A stretch of 64,000 nucleotides of DNA from contig NZ_JAQNDL010000003.1 of the NCBI RefSeq assembly GCF_028368995.1, positions 1 through 64,000 of the forward strand. The letters are read 5' to 3'. The position numbers and the translations under genes were made by a program. Positions 30,584 through 39,429 of the stretch are shown one piece after another (position 1 is the first letter of the stretch; every line of letters starts with the position of its first letter). The notes beneath the pieces are model-generated. The model did no database searches. It had not been told where the DNA came from and saw only the letters and a program-made list of their open reading frames with translations. Source of the DNA: Nannocystis bainbridge (GTDB lineage: Bacteria; Myxococcota_A; Polyangia; Nannocystales; Nannocystaceae).

Positions 30584-30946
30584 TCAGGCCCCGAACACCG
30601 GGCGGAAGATCATCGCCGCCAGCACCCCGAGGATCAGCGCCGCGAACCCGACCACGTGGGCCCGCCGGGCCCCGCGCTCGGCCGCGCTGACGACCACCAC
30701 GTGGGCCGCCAGCGACAGCCCGAGGCCGAGCATGATCCACAGCTCGCTCAGCGGGATCGCCGACAGCGTCGCCAGCGCGAACCCACCCGACCAGGTGATG
30801 AACAGCCCGGTCGAGGCGATGCGGTGCGTCGCCTGGCGCCGCTCCTCGCGGGTCCTCGCCAGCAGCGACGCGCCCGAGCCGGCGATGAAGAGCATCACAC
30901 CGGCGAATTTCGCCAGCAGCACCAGATGAACGGCGGGTGTCTCCAT
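30584..30946 (-). CDS. small 4-TM membrane protein (DUF2269-like)
   Basis: Four hydrophobic segments ending MIFRP. Confidence 0.65.
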   Translation of the reverse strand: METPAVHLVLLAKFAGVMLFIAGSGASLLARTREERRQATHRIASTGLFITWSGGFALATLSAIPLSELWIMLGLGLSLAAHVVVVSAAERGARRAHVVGFAALILGVLAAMIFRPVFGA

Positions 30947-31300
30947 GTCCCGCGAGGATATCCGAGCGAACTCGGCGGCGCGCCCGCGACGAACCGTCGC
31001 AGCCGCTATGATCATAGCGGCGGGGCGCCCGCCCCGCTGCGACCCTGGGCCGCAGGAGATCGACCCGCCCGCAGGACGACACAGAGCCGAGCGGCCGAAT
31101 GGCACAAGGCGCGCGCCCTGCTCGAGGTCATCGTTGGCATCGTCCTGACGGCGAGCCGGCTCGCTTCGAGCCCCATGAAGTTCGGATAGCCGCGGAGCAT
31201 CGCCGCGACGGCGCCGCTGGCAGAGAATCATCGCACCCCGGTGGACGCGCCGCGCGCTCCGGCTCCGGGCAGCCCCTCACGCGCTCCGCGTCACGCCAGC

Positions 31301-31410
31301 CCCGGCGGCGCGAGCGAATCATCGCACGCGCCGCGCACTCCTTCCCACTCCAGGCAGGTCCATCGCGCCGCTCGCCCGGCGGCGCGAGCGAATCATCGCC
31401 CGCGCCGCCG
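31301..31410. repeat. direct repeat CCCGGCGGCGCGAGCGAATCATCGC (2 copies, partial third near 31222)
   Basis: Copies near 31301 and 31375. Confidence 0.6.
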
Positions 31411-31418
31411 GACGCCGT

Positions 31419-32528
31419 TCAGAACTTCAGCGTCGCCACCGCCCCGATCTGCGCCTTGCTGACCTTTTTAAAGCTCGCGCGCATCAGCTCTCCGGCCGCG
31501 CAGTTCGCCAGCGTCGGGTTGCCCGCGTCGTCCTGCGGCGCCGACGACAGCACCGTGCCCTCCGGGCCGGCGATCGACAGCTTGATCGTCACCTTCTCGC
31601 CGCCGCGCGCGTGGCTGCGGCAGCGGTCCAGCGCCGCGGCCTTGGCCGCGCGGGTGCCGTCGGCGATGTCGCCCGGCTCGAGCTTCTCCGGCAAGCTGGC
31701 CGAAGAGACAGCCGGCGCATCGACCTTCACCGGCGCCGCTGGCTTGGTCTTGCACCCCTCCGGCGCCAGCAGGCACTCGACGCTGTCGGCCGCCGGCCCG
31801 GACGGGGCCGCCGGCGTCACCACCTTCGGCGCTGCGGGCTTGTCGGCGCTCGGCGTCGCCGGCTTGTTCACCGGCTTGCGCGGTCGCTTGCTGCTCGTCG
31901 GCGGCTCGGGCGCATCGGCGGTGACCACGGGGATCACTGCCTCGATCGCCGGCTCCGCCGCCTCCGCCGCCTCCTCTGGCTCCGGCGCCGCGGCCACCAC
32001 CATCGGCGCCTGGCTGATGTGACGCTCGATGATCACCGGCGCCGGCGTCGCCCCGCGCGTCACCACGAAGCCCGCCAGTCCCATCATTCCGAGCGCCGCC
32101 ACCCCGATCATCACATACAACGGCATCGGCGGCGGCGCCGACCGGGCCCGCGCCCGCACCGGCGTCGGCGCGATCGGCAGCGGCCCCGCCGCCAGTTCGC
32201 TGAACCGGGCCGCCCGCGGCCGTTCGGCCTGAACCGTGCCACCGAGCGCTCGCACGTCGATCAGCCCCGAGCCGTCCTCCGGCTCCGGCTCCGGCCGCCG
32301 CGCCACCGCCAAACGTACCGGCGCCTCCGCGACGCGGCCGACGTCCAGCGGGCCCAGGCTGGCCAGCGAGAACAGCACCGAATCTTCGTTGCGGGCGCCC
32401 ATCATCCGGCCCGCCCCTCGAACCTCACGGCTAGCGAGGGATTCGCCGCACCGGCTGCACCGCGAGGTCGAGGACGCGCCCGCGGCGGACAGGATCAGGG
32501 CACCATGGTGATCGCATACGAGGTTCAT
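31419..32528 (-). CDS. myxobacterial single-TM protein with Pro-rich linker and TonB-C-like domain (AgmX/GltJ-like architecture)
   Basis: Cys/His N-terminus, RNEDSVLFSL and GSGLIDVRAL motifs, TM helix, C-terminal Cys pair. Confidence 0.7.
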   Translation of the reverse strand: MNLVCDHHGALILSAAGASSTSRCSRCGESLASREVRGAGRMMGARNEDSVLFSLASLGPLDVGRVAEAPVRLAVARRPEPEPEDGSGLIDVRALGGTVQAERPRAARFSELAAGPLPIAPTPVRARARSAPPPMPLYVMIGVAALGMMGLAGFVVTRGATPAPVIIERHISQAPMVVAAAPEPEEAAEAAEPAIEAVIPVVTADAPEPPTSSKRPRKPVNKPATPSADKPAAPKVVTPAAPSGPAADSVECLLAPEGCKTKPAAPVKVDAPAVSSASLPEKLEPGDIADGTRAAKAAALDRCRSHARGGEKVTIKLSIAGPEGTVLSSAPQDDAGNPTLANCAAGELMRASFKKVSKAQIGAVATLKF

Positions 32529-32677
32529 GACGGCGTGCCTTCCATTCGCCGCAGCTCGCCGTGACGGACAGGATCGTCCGATCGCCGTCGCGCGAGTGCG
32601 CCGAAAAAATGGTTGCTGTCTCCCCCAACGACCCCGCCGCGCGATCGATCTACGCCGCGGGGCTCATGCCCCCCGCC

Positions 32678-34963
32678 TCATCGCGGCGAGACCTGGAGCA
32701 GCACGAATTCCTGGTCGTCCGGGCGCCCGTCGCCGCGGTGGCGCCCGACGCTGAACGGCAGGTTGTTGTCGTTGCCCACCAACATCCGGCCCTGCGGCAG
32801 CAGCACCAGGCTCTCGATGGTGACGAACGGCATGGCGAACACCCCGCCACCCACACCGACATCCCCCGCGCTCGCCGGCGCGAGGCTGTGCGGGTCGGCG
32901 ATCCTCAGCAGGTCGACCCGCGCGCCGGCCTCGACCGTCGCACCCGGCGCCGCCAGCGTGATCGTGCGGACCACCTTTTTAAAAGCGTCACCGAGCTCGC
33001 CCTCCGAATCGTCGCGCTCGATCACGAACCCGCGCCCATCGGCGTCGAGCTGGAAATCCGTCACCGCGACCGCGCCCGCTTCGAGGCGGTGGCGCCAGCG
33101 CCTCTCGGTATATGTCCTTTGTGACAGGTCATACTCGTGGATCCACACCTCGCCCGCCGGCGCACCCACGATCGGCTTCTCGAGGATCGGCAGCAGCGCC
33201 GGCGGCGAGCTCCGCAGCGCCATGCCCTCGAACCCGCCGCTGGTCGCCACCGCCAGCGGCTGCGTCCGCGCCGTCACCCCGTGCGGCCAGCCGAGCCCCG
33301 CCAGCCACCGGCTCGGCGCGCCGCCCAGCACCGGCAAATTGGTCCCGTCGGCCAGCAAGAACACGGTCCCGAGCGCCGGCGCCCGGTCCTGCACCTGCAG
33401 CAGCGTGCGATAATCGAAGCTCTGCACCCACGCCCGCTCGGTCGCGCCGGCGGCGACGATCGCCGCGCTCACGCGCTCGGCGAACACCGCCGCGAACGGA
33501 TCGTCCGGCGTCAACTTCGTCTCCACGCTCAGCCGCACCCGGCGCGCGTTGGCGGCCCGCCGCGCCGCCTCGGGGTGCCCCGCCCCGGGCCCCGCGGCAT
33601 AATAATCACCATACGCGGCGACGAAGCCCAGCCACTGCGCCAGCGTCGGCGGCGTGTACGGATCGGCCAGTCCCTCCGCGCTGGCGAACGCGACCACCAC
33701 CGGTGACAGGGTGCGGTCATTCGCCTGTTCGGCCCCGCGCACCAGCCCGTCGCACACGAATCGCCGCTGCAGCGCCGCGATCGTCAGCGCCCGCACCCGC
33801 CGCGCGCCACCTTCCACGTCGCGACACTTACGCGCGTCGAGCTCCAGATCGTGCCCGAGCACCGGCACGTCGTCGGCCGTGAGCACGACATCGGTCTCGA
33901 GCGTCGTCATCAGCTGATCGAGCGCCGCCTCCATCGCCGGCAGCGTGTTCTCGGGCCGCAGGTCGCGCGCGCCGCGATGCCCTTGCAGATCGATGCGCTC
34001 GCGCCGCACCAGCCCGTCGGCGTCGACGAAATCAGACACCCCGTCGCCGTCGCCGTCGAAGCTGCGCGCCGCCTGATACAGCAGATCGGGCCGGTCGGAG
34101 ATGATGCCGTCGACTCCGAGGCGCATCAGCGCGTGCATGCGCGCGACTTCGTTGACGGTCCACACCACCACCGGAAACCCGGCCGCGCGCAGCGAGTCGA
34201 TCGCGAACAGCTCGCGCCCGTCCTCCCCCGGCGCTTCGTCCTTCACCATCGCGTGGTGCGGCGAGAACACCGGCGGCCGGATCGCCCCGCGCTGCCGCCC
34301 GCGCCAGGCGACCGCGTTCATCAGCCGCAGCGCCGCGCCCTCCTCGTTGTTCGGGTTCTGCGGCGCGCGCAGCTCGAGCCCGGGCCGGTCGAGATCCGGC
34401 AACCCGATGGGCGGCTCCAGCACGACGCCGTCGGCCGCGGTGTGCAGCAAGAACGGCCCGAACTCGTCGCCGAACCACAGCGTCCCGTCGGGCGCGCGCT
34501 GCATCGACTCCGGATCGAAGTCCGCCCCGGTCAAGACGCGGGCGTCGCTGAATTGCTGGACGATCGGGAATCCGATCTTGCGGTCCGGATCGCGCAGCTC
34601 GATTTGCCCGAGCACCTCGACCCCGCCGCTCCCGCCCGCCGCCGTGCGCAGGTCGAGCCGCAATGTATAGACCCGCAGGTGAAAATCGGCCGAGTTCTCG
34701 ATCTTGCCATAACCGTTGTCGACGAGCCCGAGGTACGTCCCGTCGTCATTGGCAAGCAGCGCCGAGAACCCCTGCACCGGCTGCGACGCGAACGGCACCG
34801 CCTGCCCGTGGATCGGCCCCGACCCCAGGCGCTCGCCCGACGCCGGCCCGGCCGCGAACGTGCCCGCCGGCAGCACCGCGCGCCCGAGCAGCGTCGCTGG
34901 CGGCGCAGCGACCGGCGAACCGCAGGCCGCCGCGAATGCCAGCACCAGCGCCGACCTACGCAT
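32678..34963 (-). CDS. lipoprotein: phytase-like esterase with inserted glycerophosphodiester phosphodiesterase domain
   Basis: VQGFSAL, DNGYG, FDPES, DEFGP, GFEGMA, NDNN; GHRGAR.PENT, QSFD, WTVN, DGIISD. Confidence 0.85.
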   Translation of the reverse strand: MRRSALVLAFAAACGSPVAAPPATLLGRAVLPAGTFAAGPASGERLGSGPIHGQAVPFASQPVQGFSALLANDDGTYLGLVDNGYGKIENSADFHLRVYTLRLDLRTAAGGSGGVEVLGQIELRDPDRKIGFPIVQQFSDARVLTGADFDPESMQRAPDGTLWFGDEFGPFLLHTAADGVVLEPPIGLPDLDRPGLELRAPQNPNNEEGAALRLMNAVAWRGRQRGAIRPPVFSPHHAMVKDEAPGEDGRELFAIDSLRAAGFPVVVWTVNEVARMHALMRLGVDGIISDRPDLLYQAARSFDGDGDGVSDFVDADGLVRRERIDLQGHRGARDLRPENTLPAMEAALDQLMTTLETDVVLTADDVPVLGHDLELDARKCRDVEGGARRVRALTIAALQRRFVCDGLVRGAEQANDRTLSPVVVAFASAEGLADPYTPPTLAQWLGFVAAYGDYYAAGPGAGHPEAARRAANARRVRLSVETKLTPDDPFAAVFAERVSAAIVAAGATERAWVQSFDYRTLLQVQDRAPALGTVFLLADGTNLPVLGGAPSRWLAGLGWPHGVTARTQPLAVATSGGFEGMALRSSPPALLPILEKPIVGAPAGEVWIHEYDLSQRTYTERRWRHRLEAGAVAVTDFQLDADGRGFVIERDDSEGELGDAFKKVVRTITLAAPGATVEAGARVDLLRIADPHSLAPASAGDVGVGGGVFAMPFVTIESLVLLPQGRMLVGNDNNLPFSVGRHRGDGRPDDQEFVLLQVSPR

Positions 34964-34967
34964 GCAC

Positions 34968-35138
34968 GCACCTCACGAACGAGGCGTCATGCATCACGCA
35001 CGAGGCGGCACGCCTCACGAACGAGGCGTCACTCACGAACGAGGCGTCACGCCCCACGCATGATGCGTCACGAATCAAGAACCACGCGTCACGCCTCACG
35101 AACAATGCGTCACGCCTCAAGAACGACGCGCCACGCTC
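34968..35138. repeat. degenerate tandem repeat of about 21 bp (GCCTCACGAACGAGGCGTCAC), about 8 copies
   Basis: Directly visible, abutting the start codon at 34963. Confidence 0.8.
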
Positions 35139-35338
35139 CGCACCGGAGCACGCGCCACGCTCCACACGATACAGCTCCCGAGCGCTCCCGAGTCTCACGA
35201 AACGCGCAGTCACGCCATTCGCCGCTCGCGCGCCCACTCCCGCGAAGATCGGTCGCTCGCCGACCCTCGCCTCGAACCTCGGCCTGCCGTGCATGCGCAC
35301 GCGCGATCTGGCCCGCGCCCGCGCCCGCTGTCAAGCGC

Positions 35339-36001
35339 TCAGGCCGCCATCGCCGCCGTGCGCACGTGCTCCGGCGAGATCCCGAAGTGTTCCCGCACCT
35401 GCTCGATCGGCCAGGTCAGCATCGCCGCCCAGTCGGCCCCGAACAGCGGCCGCGTCGTCTGGCCCAGGCGCCAGCCGCGGGTGATCGCCTCCATGCGCCG
35501 GTCGCCGTCCTCGTACTGGAACAGCATCCCGTTGAGCAGCCCCGCCGACAGCAGCAGGTGCCCGAGCGGCGACTGCAGCTGGGCGATGTAGAACGCCTGC
35601 AGCCCCAGCTCGCCCGCCACGTCGGTGTCGAAGCCGAGCACCGTGTGCCACAGATCGTGGCTGCGCTCGAGGTGCAGCTTCATCAGCGCCGCGTCGCCGA
35701 CCGTGTCGGCCGCGCTGTGATAGACCCCGTTCGGGTCGAGCTTGCGCGCGTCGAGGAAGCGGGCGAACTCGCGGCCCAGGCTGCCCTCCGGCAGCGTTCG
35801 CAGCGCCTCGAGCTTCAGCTGCAGCGGCGCCAGCGGGCGCTCCAGGTAGGTCTTCACTTCGGGGCGGGCCAGCATGCGCCGCAGCCCCGGTGAGTCGTCG
35901 AACGCGTCGGCGAGGGCGAACACCAGGTCGAGGCGATCGGTGTCACGGACGAGGCGGACGTAGGTGCTGGCGAAGCGGAACAGGCCGACGATCTTGCGCA
36001 T
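35339..36001 (-). CDS. Coq4 family protein
   Basis: LPEGSLGREF, HDLWHTVLGF, GELGLQAF. Confidence 0.88.
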   Translation of the reverse strand: MRKIVGLFRFASTYVRLVRDTDRLDLVFALADAFDDSPGLRRMLARPEVKTYLERPLAPLQLKLEALRTLPEGSLGREFARFLDARKLDPNGVYHSAADTVGDAALMKLHLERSHDLWHTVLGFDTDVAGELGLQAFYIAQLQSPLGHLLLSAGLLNGMLFQYEDGDRRMEAITRGWRLGQTTRPLFGADWAAMLTWPIEQVREHFGISPEHVRTAAMAA

Positions 36002-36033
36002 GCGAATCACTCCCTGCGGGCTTGCGGAGAAGA

Positions 36034-36047
36034 TGAGTCTTTGCTCA
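36034..36047. promoter_or_regulatory. candidate TetR operator TGAG-N6-CTCA
   Basis: Short inverted repeat in the 70-bp divergent intergenic region. Confidence 0.3.
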
Positions 36048-36071
36048 GATCCTCGCCACTCGCTTTTCCGC

Positions 36072-36710
36072 ATGGCCGCCCCCGCCCGCAAAAAGCCCGT
36101 CAAACGGCGCCGCAGCCCGATTCAGAGCCGAGGTCAGGTCACCGTCGACGCCATCGTCGAGGCGGCCGCTCAGATCTTGGCCAAGAAAGGTCCGGCGGCC
36201 GCGACCACCAACGCCGTCGCCGCGCGCGCCGGCGTCAGCATCGGCACCCTCTACCAGTACTTCGCCGACCGCGAGGCCCTGCTGCGCGAGATCGGTCGCC
36301 GTCACGTCGCCGAGATGCAGGCCGTGCTCGCCGGCGCCCTCACCGGCATGGAGGGCCTGGCGCTGCCGGCCGCCGTCGATCGCCTCGTCTCCGCGATCGT
36401 CGCCATGCACCGCGTCGCCCCGCGGCTGCACCAGGCGCTGCATCAATCGCTGGCCCGCGACCACCTCGACACCATCGACGCCTTCGAGGTCGCCGTCGAG
36501 GCGATGGTCGCCAGCGCCCTCGTCGGCCGCGGCGACGACCTCGACCTGCCCCACCCCGAGCTCACCGCCACCGTGCTGGTCCGCGGCCTCGGCGGCCTGA
36601 TCCGCACCACCCTCCGCCGCGAGCCCGAGCGCCTCGACGACCCCGCCCTCGCCCTCGCCATGCGCGCGATGATCCTCGGCACCCTCGGCGAGAGCCGCCG
36701 CAAGGGCTGA
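36072..36710 (+). CDS. TetR/AcrR family regulator
   Basis: PIQSRG, TTNAVAARAGVSIGTLYQYF HTH. Confidence 0.93.
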   Translation: MAAPARKKPVKRRRSPIQSRGQVTVDAIVEAAAQILAKKGPAAATTNAVAARAGVSIGTLYQYFADREALLREIGRRHVAEMQAVLAGALTGMEGLALPAAVDRLVSAIVAMHRVAPRLHQALHQSLARDHLDTIDAFEVAVEAMVASALVGRGDDLDLPHPELTATVLVRGLGGLIRTTLRREPERLDDPALALAMRAMILGTLGESRRKG

Positions 36711-36852
36711 CGGGCGCCAGTAAAGCTCGCAATCCCTCGTGACGCCCACGGCGCCGCTTCGCCACGGGCCCATCGCTCGCCGCGTGGCGACGCCCTCTCC
36801 AAGCCCTCTCACGGATCCGCGTGACGGCGCTCCCGCCTGGCCGCACCAGCAT

Positions 36853-36940
36853 CATGTCGAATAGAACATGTCTTAAAAAGCATGTTCATTAAGACATGTC
36901 CATTAGAGCATTCCCGTTCGAGCATGCTCGTTCGGCCATC
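36853..36940. repeat. 14-bp-period CATG array (7 units)
   Basis: CATG at 36853, 36867, 36881, 36895, 36923; CATT at 36909; CATC at 36937; in-phase CATG also at 36993. Confidence 0.9.
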
Positions 36941-37010
36941 CTCGCCCGACACGGCACCCAGCCCCACGATCGGCGCTGGGCTCGGCTTCGGACATGCCCT
37001 TTCAATCAGA

Positions 37011-38495
37011 TCATTCGCTCGCCCGGCGCAGCACGAACAGCCTCGCCGCCGGCGCCGCGGTCGGGCCTGGCAGCGTGCTCGCGGCCTCACGCTCGAGCGT
37101 GAACGCCGGCGCGAACGGCCCCGCGATCGTCTCCTTCGCGTACGGCGTCACCCCGGCGGCCGGTTCGGCCAGCGTCTTCACGATCAGCGCCCCGCCGGGG
37201 GCGACCAGCCGGGCCATCGCCGCCGCATGGCGCTCGGCCTCCGCCGGCGCCAGCAGGTGCAGGCACGCGCGATCGATCGCCGCGTCGAACCGGCCCTGCA
37301 GGCGCGTCGCCGTGATGTCGTCGCTCAGCCAGATCGCCCGGCTCGTCGGCGCACGGGCGCGGGCCTGCGCGAGCGCGGCCGCCGAGATGTCGGTGGCGAC
37401 CACCGTGTGACCGCGGCTCGCCAGCGCCACCGCCAGCGCGCCCAGGCCCGTCCCGACCTCGAGCACGGACAAGCCCGTCGCGCCCTCGCGCTCGACCGCC
37501 GCCAGCAGGTCCGCGTCGGCCTCGTCGTGCTGCCACGGCAGCTCGGCCGGCGCGTGCGTGCGGTACAGCCGGTCCCAGCCCTCGGCCCCGCGCGGCGCCT
37601 GGGCCAGCCCCGCGCTCGCGCGCTCGCGCACGATCGCCTCGAGCAGCTGCACCACCACCTCGGGCGGCGGCGCCCCGCCCAGCATCGGCGTGCGCATCGC
37701 CGGCGGATCGGCGACCTCCAGCGCGCGCGCCGGGTGGGCCACGTGCAGCCCGTCCGCGATCAGCTGCGCCAGGTTGCGCTGCACCGCCGGCTCCGCGTAC
37801 ATCGCGGGGTTCATCGACGGCACCACCAGCACCGGCGCGCGCGTCGCCAGGGCGATCGCCGCCACCGCCGACGCGTGGTCCCCCGTCGCCAGCCGCGCGA
37901 TCGTCGTCGCCGACGCCGGGCACACCAGCACCGCGTCGGCCCACTGCGCCAGCTCGATGTGCGGCACCCGATGCACCTGGCTCTCGGGCCAGATCGCCGT
38001 CACCACCGGCGCGTGCGTCAACGCCTCGAGCGCCTCGACCCGCACGAACCGCAGCGCGCTCTCCGTGACCGCCGCGCGCACCTCGAAGCCGCGCGCCTGC
38101 AGCCGCTGGATCAGCGCCGGCGCGTGCATCGTCGCCGCCGCCCCCGTCAACCCCACCACCACCCGCGGCCCGGCCGTGCGCCCTGCCCGTGACGGCCCCG
38201 TCGTCACCGCCTCGAGCGCCCCCGTGCGCCGCAGCAGCGCCAGCAGCTCGCCGATCACCTCGGGCCGCTCGATCGGCGCCCCGGCCAGCGCCTCGACGTG
38301 GGCCAGCACCTCCGCCCCCGAGCGCGGCATCGCCAGGAACGCCAGCACCGCCGACGCCAGCGCCGCCGAGTCGCCGGTCAGCGCGTGGCCCTCGCCGTCC
38401 GGGCCCAGCGCCACCAGGCGCTCGCCGCATTCGTAGATCCGCACCACCGAGGCGCGGCGGAGGTTCCATTCGGTCCAGCGCTCGGGGTCCGTCAT
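37011..38495 (-). CDS. three-domain fusion: RRE/PqqD-like + HFCD flavoprotein + class I SAM methyltransferase
   Basis: VGLTG, PHIELA, PASATT, PSMNPAMY; VLEVGTGLG, DIS, DRACLH. Confidence 0.85.
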   Translation of the reverse strand: MTDPERWTEWNLRRASVVRIYECGERLVALGPDGEGHALTGDSAALASAVLAFLAMPRSGAEVLAHVEALAGAPIERPEVIGELLALLRRTGALEAVTTGPSRAGRTAGPRVVVGLTGAAATMHAPALIQRLQARGFEVRAAVTESALRFVRVEALEALTHAPVVTAIWPESQVHRVPHIELAQWADAVLVCPASATTIARLATGDHASAVAAIALATRAPVLVVPSMNPAMYAEPAVQRNLAQLIADGLHVAHPARALEVADPPAMRTPMLGGAPPPEVVVQLLEAIVRERASAGLAQAPRGAEGWDRLYRTHAPAELPWQHDEADADLLAAVEREGATGLSVLEVGTGLGALAVALASRGHTVVATDISAAALAQARARAPTSRAIWLSDDITATRLQGRFDAAIDRACLHLLAPAEAERHAAAMARLVAPGGALIVKTLAEPAAGVTPYAKETIAGPFAPAFTLEREAASTLPGPTAAPAARLFVLRRASE

Positions 38496-38541
38496 CGTCG
38501 TCCTGAGTTCTCGCAGCCCGACCGGGCCGCCCGGGATGCTA

Positions 38542-39000
38542 TCATATGATCAGCAGCCGACACTCACCGTCGATCCACGCGCACAGCTGCTGCACCCCGC
38601 AGACCGCCTCGTCGGTGATCTGCGAGCAGTCGACCGTGCATTGCACGATCTCCGGCGGCCACACGCACAGCGGCGTCGCCTCGCACGTCGGCTGGTCCTC
38701 GATCTCGTCGCAGTCCGGGACGCCGTCGGTCTCGGCGTCGGTCGTCACCGACGTCGCCACTGTCGGATCGGTCGTCGAGGTCGTCGGCCCGCTGGCCGTC
38801 GTGGTCGTGCTCGTCGGGCCGTCGGTCGAAGTCCCGGGGGTCGTGTTCGTGGTCGATTCCGTCGGGTCGTCGGTCGCCCCGGAGGTCACGACCGTCGTCG
38901 ACGGCTTGTCGTCGCCGTCGTTGCAGGCCGGCGCCGCGGTCACCGAGGACACCGCGAGGATCGCCGGCACGCACAGTCTTCGTCCGATGTCGGGTCGCAC
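38542..39000 (-). CDS. lipoprotein with Thr-rich linker and two Cys-rich repeats
   Basis: Signal ending APAC; DC..I.D...C.....C.W......C twice. Confidence 0.75.
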   Translation of the reverse strand: MRPDIGRRLCVPAILAVSSVTAAPACNDGDDKPSTTVVTSGATDDPTESTTNTTPGTSTDGPTSTTTTASGPTTSTTDPTVATSVTTDAETDGVPDCDEIEDQPTCEATPLCVWPPEIVQCTVDCSQITDEAVCGVQQLCAWIDGECRLLII

Positions 39001-39119
39001 GCCTGCAGCCTATCACGCCCCTCCTCGCGCGGATCGCGGCAGCCTGCGGCCGGCGCCCCCCAGAGCGGACGCGCAAGCTCGAGCACCAGGCTGCGCCCGA
39101 CGGCAGGCCGACGCGCGGA

Positions 39120-39193
39120 CAGGCCCGATCCGACATGCCCCGACCGCCATGCTCTCAAGATCATGTCCTATGCGACATGTCCTTTGATGCAGG
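39120..39193. repeat. 14-bp-period CATG array (6 units)
   Basis: CAGG at 39120, CATG at 39134, 39148, 39162, 39176, CAGG at 39190. Confidence 0.88.
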
Positions 39194-39429
39194 TATCCGA
39201 TCCTTGCGATCGCCACGATGCCGCCGAAGATCAATGTCGGCACTGCGCGCCGCGCGACCGAAATGCCCGGTGCGCTCGCGGCGGCCGCCGCCCGCGGGGC
39301 CCTGTGCGCGGCTCCCCGTGAGCGCTGCGACGAATCGAAAAAACGCGACGAATCATCGTTCCGTAACAGTTCCACCGGCGAATCCGCTTCCCAGCCCCGG
39401 CCCACGCCCCCTCGGGCTATGCTCGCGCG

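Noticed and set aside
37011-38495. coaBC
   Set aside because: No CoaB domain, lacks the LACG motif, and has extra domains
38542-39000. Precursor peptide for the HFCD fusion
   Set aside because: Exported lipoprotein ending CRLLII, not a terminal Cys; it would need trimming
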